This document shows, one piece after another, positions 8,479 to 14,721 of a stretch of DNA of 16,147 nucleotides. Source of the DNA: Candidatus Omnitrophota bacterium (GTDB lineage: Bacteria > Omnitrophota > Gorgyraeia > Gygaellales > Profunditerraquicolaceae); assembly GCA_049517335.1 (NCBI GenBank), contig JBEKSD010000027.1:1-16147 (forward strand), written 5' to 3'. The position numbers and the translations under genes were made by a program. Every line of letters starts with the position of its first letter. Position 1 is the first letter of the stretch. The notes beneath the pieces were generated by a model, which was not told where the DNA came from, did no database searches, and worked only from the letters and a program-made list of their open reading frames with translations.

Positions 8479-8791
8479 TTATAACGGTGTAATAACGCCG
8501 CCGGTTGAGGAGGTATAAGTAACGCCGCCGGTTGTGCCTAGAGTTACGGGTGTCGCTACAAAAGTGTAACCGCCTGAGGTTAAGGTACAGGCATAGTTGT
8601 AGCCTTGTATAGCCGTTGTCCCCCCGGTTGCATTCGAGCAATAATTACCAGCGGAAGCGATAAAATCAGTCAAACTGGGAGTACCGCTTACAGCCGAAGG
8701 ATATGTGCCGGCATGGGAAGTTGAGTATGTTTCAGCTGCTGTCGCCAGGCTACGCACAGTTGCTTTTGCCGCTGCCTCATTAGCCGTTCAA
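8479..8791 (-). pseudogene. Type IV pilin lacking leader peptide and hydrophobic N-terminal helix
   Basis: Frame reads TANEAAAKATVRSLATAAETY...GTYP from 8787, preceded by in-frame TGA (8790-8788); SD AGGAAGGGGG and an out-of-frame TTG at 8791 lie directly upstream; no GFTLxE segment. Confidence 0.8.
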
Positions 8792-8928
8792 GAACCCCCT
8801 TCCTAAGGTTGAATTAACAATTCATTTTTAAGCTTAAAATCCGCCCTTCTTCATATTTTGATAAATTAGAACTAGTTACACTGGGAATTAGGCTGTTTTT
8901 TAAGCTAAAAAACAATTGTTGCCTTATT

Positions 8929-10182
8929 TTAAAGTTTAGTTGAACTCGGCTGATTTGTCAAGCAAAATTTTCCCTTCTCTTCCAAGGAATATTCTGTGCT
9001 TAATTTCTTTAATTTCAATGGGATAAGGCGATTTTTAAGATTAAAATCCGACTTTACGATTACCCTCAGGTAGTTATCGGTAAAACCTTCCCAAAAGCCG
9101 GGTTTGTTTTTTAATCCAGCTTCTATCAGGACGCACTTTTCCTTATTATTGAAGTCATTCCTGTAGCTTTTACTTAAGTGAACGCTTAATTTCTTGAGTT
9201 CTGAAACTCTTTCCCGTATTTGCCTACCGCAAACTAGGTTATCAAACCCGGCTGCCTGGGTGCCTTCTCTTTTTGAATAAGGAAAAATGTGCACCTTCAA
9301 GGGCCTTATTTTTTTAATTAACCGGACGGTATTATTAAAATTGACCTTCTTTTCCCCCGGAAAACCTACTAAAACATCGGTAGTAATGGCGATACCCGGG
9401 ATCTCTTTGTTTAATTTTTTTATAAGCGCGAGGTAATCCCCTGACGTATACTTCCTGTTCATTCTTTTTAATATGGCGTCATCGCCACTTTGAATAGGTA
9501 TATGTAAATGCGGACAGAGCTTGTCTGATAGGGAAATCCTCTTAATCAAATCATCCGAAACATCACCTGCCTCTATGGAGCTGAGACGGATGCGTAAAAT
9601 TCCCCTGACATTTTCTAATTTTTCAATCAGGTATACTAAATCTGTTTTCGGCTTTAAATCCCGTCCATAAGCGCCGAGGCATATGCCGGTCAGAACGATC
9701 TCTTTAAAGCCTTTTCTTGCTAACCTTAAGGCTTCTTTAATAATTTCACCCGGCTTCCTGCTTCTGGATAGCCCCCTTACCTTCGGGACTTTACAATATG
9801 AGCAAAAATTATTGCAGCCATCCTGAACTTTTAAAAAAGCGCGGGTGTGGTTACTGAAATCGCTGATTCTTTCAGGAAAGAATCCCCTACTGATAATTAA
9901 ATTTATTCCCTTGATTTTTGATAATTTGCCGCTGTCTTTCTTCACCATACATCCGGTAACAATTACTTTTGATTTCGGGCTTGTTTTAAGGCAGCGGCGG
10001 ATTATATTGCAGGATTTCTTATCGGCAGAAGCAGTAACTGTGCAGGTATTTATAAGACAATAATCAGAAATTTCTCTTAGGAATCCCTCCCGGAAACCTT
10101 TTCCTAAAAATGCTTCTCTTATGCTTTGGGTATCATATTGATTGACTTTACACCCTAAAGTAAAGAATTTAATCGTTTTCAT
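8929..10182 (-). CDS. mtaB: tRNA t6A37 methylthiotransferase MtaB (radical SAM)
   Basis: TLGCKVNQYDT, INTCTVT, RAFLKVQDGCNNFCSYC, RIRLSSIE, VGFPGE, HIFPYSKREGT; usual rsmE-mtaB order; ATG at 10182. Confidence 0.93.
   Translation of the reverse strand: MKTIKFFTLGCKVNQYDTQSIREAFLGKGFREGFLREISDYCLINTCTVTASADKKSCNIIRRCLKTSPKSKVIVTGCMVKKDSGKLSKIKGINLIISRGFFPERISDFSNHTRAFLKVQDGCNNFCSYCKVPKVRGLSRSRKPGEIIKEALRLARKGFKEIVLTGICLGAYGRDLKPKTDLVYLIEKLENVRGILRIRLSSIEAGDVSDDLIKRISLSDKLCPHLHIPIQSGDDAILKRMNRKYTSGDYLALIKKLNKEIPGIAITTDVLVGFPGEKKVNFNNTVRLIKKIRPLKVHIFPYSKREGTQAAGFDNLVCGRQIRERVSELKKLSVHLSKSYRNDFNNKEKCVLIEAGLKNKPGFWEGFTDNYLRVIVKSDFNLKNRLIPLKLKKLSTEYSLEEKGKFCLTNQPSSTKL
8933..8961 (-). promoter_or_regulatory. 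Near-consensus sigma70 promoter for the truncated pilin, inside the mtaB 3' end
   Basis: TTGACA(8961-8956)-17 nt-TAAACT(8938-8933). Confidence 0.75.
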
Positions 10183-10945
10183 AAAACCTGATAAAGCCTG
10201 CCGCTGCCACGGCTGCGGTCTCAACACGTAGGACTTCTTTTCCTAAGCTAACCGGTATAAAACCCGAATTAAGGGCAAGCCTGACTTCCTCGTCGCTAAA
10301 ATCGCCTTCGGGTCCGATTAAAATTATGATGCTAAAGGAGCAATACTCATCAGGGACAGTCTCTGATTTCGCCTGAACAGGCAAATATTTGCTAAGAACA
10401 TCCTTAAGAGGCTCCCTACGACCTTCTAAGGTAGGAATTAATTTTAAATTAAAGTTAGAACTGTTAGCGATAACTTCTTTGATATTTGTAGGTGTTTCAA
10501 TCAGAGGCAGATTCTTTCTTTTGCTCTGTTCTGAAGCGTTCAAAGCGATTTTTTCCCAGCGTAACTTTCGCAATATGCCCTTGTAACCGGCTAATTTAAC
10601 AATCACTCTTTCCGTGAGCATAGGGATAATCCTGTCAACCCCCAACTGAGTAAGCTTATCAACAATATCATCAAATTTTGATTTTTTAGGAATGGCGCAG
10701 GCGACTGTCAGCGGGAATTTATCCGGGACATTAGGGTTGAGTTTCTCTTTAATCTTCAGTTCTACGGCCTTATTACTTATGATTTCAATTTGCGCGCGGT
10801 ATTCATTTCCGGTTCCATCAAAAATTATAACCTCTTCTCCCGGCTTTAACGCGAGCACATCCTTAAGATGATGAATTACGGGCCGTTCTGAAATTTTAAT
10901 TTTTCCGGAAGAAATATTCTTCTGAAGTGTAAAAAAACGATGCAT
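10169..10945 (-). CDS. rsmE: 16S rRNA m3U1498 methyltransferase RsmE
   Basis: MHRFF start, HHLKDVL, KLTQLGV, ASEQS, IGPEGDFS, VSLG..VLRVETAA. True start ATG 10945; the upstream ORF extension is tRNA sequence. Confidence 0.95.
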   Translation of the reverse strand: MHRFFTLQKNISSGKIKISERPVIHHLKDVLALKPGEEVIIFDGTGNEYRAQIEIISNKAVELKIKEKLNPNVPDKFPLTVACAIPKKSKFDDIVDKLTQLGVDRIIPMLTERVIVKLAGYKGILRKLRWEKIALNASEQSKRKNLPLIETPTNIKEVIANSSNFNLKLIPTLEGRREPLKDVLSKYLPVQAKSETVPDEYCSFSIIILIGPEGDFSDEEVRLALNSGFIPVSLGKEVLRVETAAVAAAGFIRFYEND

Positions 10946-10955
10946 AATGGATAAG

Positions 10956-11028
10956 TGGACCTGAGCGGGATCGAACCGCTGGCCTCCTCGTTGCGAACGA
11001 GGCGCTCTCCCAGCTGAGCTACAGGCCC
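10956..11028 (-). tRNA. tRNA-Ala (anticodon CGC), CCA not encoded
   Basis: GGGCCTG/CAGGTCC acceptor stem with G3:U70, D arm TAGCTCAGCTGGGAGAGC, anticodon arm CCTCG-TTCGCAA-CGAGG, T loop TTCGATC, discriminator A; 73 nt. Confidence 0.97.
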
Positions 11029-11040
11029 ATATTTTTTTAG

Positions 11041-11070
11041 ATATTAAGGTCACATCCTGAATGAAGTCAA
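11041..11070 (-). promoter_or_regulatory. Putative sigma70 promoter for tRNA-Ala-rsmE-mtaB
   Basis: TTGACT-18 nt-TAATAT, 12 nt upstream of the tRNA 5' end. Confidence 0.55.
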
Positions 11071-11175
11071 AAGATAAGCCTAAAAAAAATGACTCTGCAC
11101 TTGAATTTAAGGAAATTTTATATATTATATCATGAAATAACTTTCTTGGGAATTAATTACGGTAGTCACAATTGC

Positions 11176-11844
11176 TTAATTGGCTGATCCTGAAGGGGTA
11201 ATAATCGTTGCGGTCATTTCTACCTGAGGGTTATCAAGCGCTGCGGGGACATCGGGGTTCCATCGAGCGCGAAGAGTTATACTGCAAGCATTATAAGCAA
11301 GAAGAGGCGGTGTTCCGATACTTACGGGCGTAGTTATGACAAAACCGCTGTCACCAGGAACCGTAGTGTTGATAGGAAGTAGATGGTTGGCGATTACCTC
11401 CGCATACGTTGTGCTATGTAGATTGGTAGGATTGGGATTAGGAACAGGAGCATTATCTATAGCGTAATAATACATCTGCGAGTTGACTTGCTGATAACCA
11501 ACCCAACTGTCTCCTGTATCAAGCATTCCATTATTATTACTGTCAATCCTGATCCTCAGGCCTGTCTGATCATTATCCACGACAAAAGGATGATTAATTA
11601 TATCGCCTATTGCCCCGCCTCTTTTTACATTAGTCACCGGCGTAAGGCTGCCACCTATTATGGTCTTGGTCATATGCTCCAGCACTAAAGAAAGCTCATT
11701 CTGTAACGCAGCGCGCCGGTCAAAGGTTATGGCGTGAAAATTCCCGAAAATATCAAAAGCACTTATACCTGTAACTATGACCACGAACAAAACAAGCGAA
11801 ACCAGTAACTCCACAAGGGTCATACCCAGATATTTTACTTTCAT
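11176..11844 (-). CDS. Minor pilin, PilW/GspJ-like
   Basis: G|MTLVELLVSLVLFVVIVTG class III signal with Glu+5; larger globular domain; follows a PilV-like gene. Confidence 0.8.
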   Translation of the reverse strand: MKVKYLGMTLVELLVSLVLFVVIVTGISAFDIFGNFHAITFDRRAALQNELSLVLEHMTKTIIGGSLTPVTNVKRGGAIGDIINHPFVVDNDQTGLRIRIDSNNNGMLDTGDSWVGYQQVNSQMYYYAIDNAPVPNPNPTNLHSTTYAEVIANHLLPINTTVPGDSGFVITTPVSIGTPPLLAYNACSITLRARWNPDVPAALDNPQVEMTATIITPSGSAN

Positions 11845-11854
11845 ATGCTCTTAT

Positions 11855-12220
11855 TTAATGCTCCTCCCAGCTGATTTTTGTCTGGACGCGTCGTAAGCCA
11901 TCGTTTACTGCAGTAACCACAGTAGTGGCTGTATAGGTTATACCGTTAATCGGATCCGGGTAAGATACAGGAAGATAGTTTCCCACAGTAAGCGTATTAA
12001 CCGCCATGCCTTTATCCCAAGTATCTTCACGCACTTGCATTTGCAGGGGGTCTAAAAAAACTTTTCCTAATTCACTGCCAGCCATTATTGACTGGCTGTG
12101 CCGAAGGTACTTTCTTCCCGATATAAAAAGATTAAGCAGCCCTAAAAATACCAAAGCAAGGATCACGAGTGAAACCAATATCTCCATTAAAGTCAATGCA
12201 TTCTGCTGGCTCTTTTTCAT
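11855..12220 (-). CDS. Minor pilin, PilV/GspI-like
   Basis: MKKSQQNA|LTLMEILVSLVILALVFLG with Glu+5 (Ala at -1); C-terminal LRRVQTKISW. Start at ATG 12220, not 12310. Confidence 0.82.
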   Translation of the reverse strand: MKKSQQNALTLMEILVSLVILALVFLGLLNLFISGRKYLRHSQSIMAGSELGKVFLDPLQMQVREDTWDKGMAVNTLTVGNYLPVSYPDPINGITYTATTVVTAVNDGLRRVQTKISWEEH

Positions 12221-12230
12221 TTTTTTTAAC

Positions 12231-12272
12231 GGGTCTGGCTTAAGACTTAAGCCTTCCTGATGAACAGGTAGG
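12231..12272. repeat. Two adjacent short palindromes (REP-like) between minor pilin genes
   Basis: GGCTTAAG-A-CTTAAGCC (12237-12253) and CCTTCCTG-ATGAA-CAGGTAGG (12252-12272). Confidence 0.6.
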
Positions 12273-12291
12273 GAATGGAATAACTGATTAA

Positions 12292-12732
12292 TTAAGGAGA
12301 ACAAGAACACGGCCCTGAATAAGGAACAGGATCGGCGATAGTGCCGCTAGCGTCAGGCGGCGGAGACCTAAGACACCAGCTCCTTGCCACAGAAGTATCT
12401 GTACGTGCTGCTTGGGCGTAAAATAAACTATTACCCCCGCTCGTACAATCTAATATAGTATAATTCCAGTTAGGATTTGCAGTTGTAAGCTGCAGCTTCA
12501 GGCCTTGATTTATAGTGTAATTAGTAAGAACGGGGACGTCATACACGTTGGCATCGTTCTCAAACTTATAAATCCGCTCTGCAGCGTAAATAAGCTTAAG
12601 GTTAGCCTGTGCTTCCTTATCTAATGTGTTTTCTTTGTAGGGCTTATATTGAGTCAGTGCCAAAGTCGCCAAAATTCCGATAATAATAATGACGATTAAA
12701 AGTTCCAGTAATGTAAATCCTCTTTTTTTCAT
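12292..12732 (-). CDS. Type IV pilin (PilE-like minor pilin)
   Basis: MKKRG|FTLLELLIVIIIIGILATLA; KEAQANLKLIYAAERIY; 4 Cys. Confidence 0.9.
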   Translation of the reverse strand: MKKRGFTLLELLIVIIIIGILATLALTQYKPYKENTLDKEAQANLKLIYAAERIYKFENDANVYDVPVLTNYTINQGLKLQLTTANPNWNYTILDCTSGGNSLFYAQAARTDTSVARSWCLRSPPPDASGTIADPVPYSGPCSCSP

Positions 12733-12749
12733 TATTAAGCGGCTATGGC

Positions 12750-12802
12750 TTTAAAAATGCTTGCTCTCTTTCGTCTTTATTGATACACAAAGAGAGCAAG
12801 CA
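12750..12802 (-). terminator. Intrinsic terminator after the major pilin
   Basis: Perfect 14-bp stem TGCTTGCTCTCTTT(12758-12771)/AAAGAGAGCAAGCA(12789-12802), followed by TTTTT on the minus strand. Confidence 0.8.
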
Positions 12803-12825
12803 CTAATCGCCCTACAATACTACTT

Positions 12826-13236
12826 TTAATAACCGGCGTTCGTTGCCCAGGTATCCGTACCTCCGGAAGTCCAACTTAATGTTAAGGTACCACTAGTACT
12901 GCCATTGGGAGTCTTTCCAGCACTAGTACAGCGGGTTGCGATAAAAGTACAAGTTGTGGTCGAGCAAGAGGTATCGATAGAATAGGAGAAAAAATTAGTA
13001 GCTGCACAAGATGAAGGGATGCCTGCGCCTATGCCCAGGGCTGTGCTGTTGATTGCAGTCTCGCCCCCCATACTTTTAGCTGCGAGTTGAGAACGTAAAG
13101 TGCTGATAACAGCCCTTGCTTCCGCGCCGCGGGCCTTCTCAATTACCGCGCTATACTGCACAAAACCCAAAGTTGCCAAAACGCCGATGATGATAATAAC
13201 AATGATTAGTTCCAACAGCGTAAAACCTTTTCTCAT
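12826..13236 (-). CDS. pilA: Type IVa pilin, probable major pilin
   Basis: MRKG|FTLLELIIVIIIIGVLATLG; strong SD AGGAGAGGAG, own promoter candidate and terminator; 4 Cys; Ser/Thr-rich. Major-pilin status is inferred. Confidence 0.8.
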   Translation of the reverse strand: MRKGFTLLELIIVIIIIGVLATLGFVQYSAVIEKARGAEARAVISTLRSQLAAKSMGGETAINSTALGIGAGIPSSCAATNFFSYSIDTSCSTTTCTFIATRCTSAGKTPNGSTSGTLTLSWTSGGTDTWATNAGY

Positions 13237-13392
13237 CTTGACTCTCCTCTCCTGAAAAATAACTTCCTAATTATCCGTTTCCCCGTAAATTCTACCCCGT
13301 TTATTTTATTTTAAAGAAGGCCTATTACGGTAATCCCTGCTCGTGCTGGAGTTACGTTAAGGCGCTTCATAAAGTGGGAAAGAACTATAAAT

Positions 13393-13420
13393 AAAATACC
13401 ATATTAATAAAAATAATCAA
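13393..13420 (-). promoter_or_regulatory. Putative sigma70 promoter for the major pilin
   Basis: TTGATT-16 nt-TATTTT with TG extended -10; AT-rich context lowers specificity. Confidence 0.45.
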
Positions 13421-13439
13421 CAATTTTTTTAATTATTTC

Positions 13440-13477
13440 TAACCTGCAAGGTTAGCATCAGTTAACCTTGCAGGTTA
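13440..13477. repeat. Perfect 15-bp inverted repeat immediately after pilC
   Basis: TAACCTGCAAGGTTA(13440-13454), 8-nt loop, TAACCTTGCAGGTTA(13463-13477); no U-tract on the minus strand. Confidence 0.85.
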
Positions 13478-13479
13478 CT

Positions 13480-14721
13480 TTAATGAATCTTGGCAATCTG
13501 GAAAATCGGTAAAAACATGCCGATGACCATAATACCAATAACTAACCCCATAAAAAGCAGCATGAGCGGCTCGAACATCGTGGTAAAACGGGTAAGGAAA
13601 GTGTCGGCATAATCCTGATAAAAAATATTCAGGCGTTTGAACATATCAGGGAGTTCGCCTATCTCTTCCCCGATAGCCACCATCTGGATAGCCATAGGCT
13701 CAAAAAAATTGCTCTCCTCCATCGGCTGACTTAAGCTTCTACCGTTGCGCACGCCTTCCTTTATCGTATGTATTATATCCGCGAGTATCAAATTGCCGAC
13801 GCTGTGCTCGGCTATCTCCAGTGAATACAGAATAGGTACGCCGCTTTCAACAAGAGTCGCCATTTCCGAAGTAAAACGCTCAACCGCCAAAACCCGGAAG
13901 AATTCCCCGAACACAGGCATCCTGAAAAGGAATTTTTCAAAACTTCTCCTTCCGGATTTTGTTTTAATGTATGAACGGAATAACGCAAGCACGGCCAAAG
14001 CGCTTAAAAAGAAAAAAATAAAGAATCTACGGACGAATGAGCTCACACACACAAGAATTTGGGTTAACACCGGCAACTCCGTATTAAAACCCTTGAATAA
14101 TTCCGCGAAAGTAGGAATAATTTTTATGGTCAAAAACATCAGAGCCCCTATACCTGCGGCTAAAAGTATTACGGGATAAATCAAGGCAGAAACGATTTTT
14201 CTTTTGAACGCTTCCGCTTTTTCAAGGTATATCGCCAAACGGTTTAAAATAAAGGCCAAATTTCCGGAAGCTTCGCCGCTTTCAACAAGGTTAATCCATA
14301 ATTCAGAGAATACGTCAGGATGCTTGGCCAGTGATTCATGAAAACTCAAACCCGCCTCCATATTCCTTTGCAGGCTCTTAATGACGTTGAATAACCTTTT
14401 ACTGGCGATCTGTTTGGAAATTATATCAAGGCTTTTAAAGATGGTCACTCCCGCGCCCAGGAGGGTAGCCAGCTGCCGGCAGAAAAGCATCATATCTTCG
14501 CTCTTTATGCCGTAATGCTTGACTTTAAATTTTATATTAAGCCCGGAGTCTGTCAGCAGCCTATTGACTGCGGCACTGGCTTCTTCTACGGGGGTTGTGC
14601 TTACTACGATTAAATTCCTTGACTGAAGGCGCGTGATAAGCTCGTCTTGATTGGCAGATTCTTCGGTGCCCGTAACTTTATTCCCCGAGGCATCCCGAGA
14701 GATGTAAAAGAATTTCGGCAT
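13480..14721 (-). CDS. pilC: Type IV pilus platform protein PilC (GspF family)
   Basis: FCRQLATLLGAGV, GEASGNL, ALIYP, GVPIL, GEEIGEL, EPLM...MFLPIF; TAATG overlap with pilB. Confidence 0.95.
   Translation of the reverse strand: MPKFFYISRDASGNKVTGTEESANQDELITRLQSRNLIVVSTTPVEEASAAVNRLLTDSGLNIKFKVKHYGIKSEDMMLFCRQLATLLGAGVTIFKSLDIISKQIASKRLFNVIKSLQRNMEAGLSFHESLAKHPDVFSELWINLVESGEASGNLAFILNRLAIYLEKAEAFKRKIVSALIYPVILLAAGIGALMFLTIKIIPTFAELFKGFNTELPVLTQILVCVSSFVRRFFIFFFLSALAVLALFRSYIKTKSGRRSFEKFLFRMPVFGEFFRVLAVERFTSEMATLVESGVPILYSLEIAEHSVGNLILADIIHTIKEGVRNGRSLSQPMEESNFFEPMAIQMVAIGEEIGELPDMFKRLNIFYQDYADTFLTRFTTMFEPLMLLFMGLVIGIMVIGMFLPIFQIAKIH

Noticed and set aside
8788-8790. TGA read-through or recoding to restore the pilin
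   Set aside because: The upstream in-frame sequence is only EGGS after a TAG, with no hydrophobic helix; other genes here use TGA as a stop.
10956-11028. Integrative element at tRNA-Ala
   Set aside because: No integrase and no duplicated tRNA 3' end seen; rsmE follows directly.
10946-11053. 36-aa N-terminal extension of RsmE reading through the tRNA
   Set aside because: It is translated tRNA sequence; RsmE homology starts at MHRFF (10945).
8882-11155. 9-bp direct repeat TGGGAATTA flanking tRNA-rsmE-mtaB
   Set aside because: Too short and AT-rich to distinguish from chance; the enclosed genes are housekeeping.
8788-11175. Inversion that would join plus-strand ...ELITVVTIA (11150-11176) to the headless pilin
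   Set aside because: The segment has a stop at codon 3, is too short to replace the missing helix, and there are no inverted repeats at the ends.
12221-12310. 30-aa N-terminal extension of the PilV-like ORF
   Set aside because: It runs through intergenic palindromes and overlaps the upstream gene; ATG 12220 gives a normal short basic leader.
12655-13236. Shufflon-like or recent recombination between the two near-identical pilin N-termini
   Set aside because: Protein sequences match, but most codons differ synonymously; no shared recombination site and no recombinase in the window.
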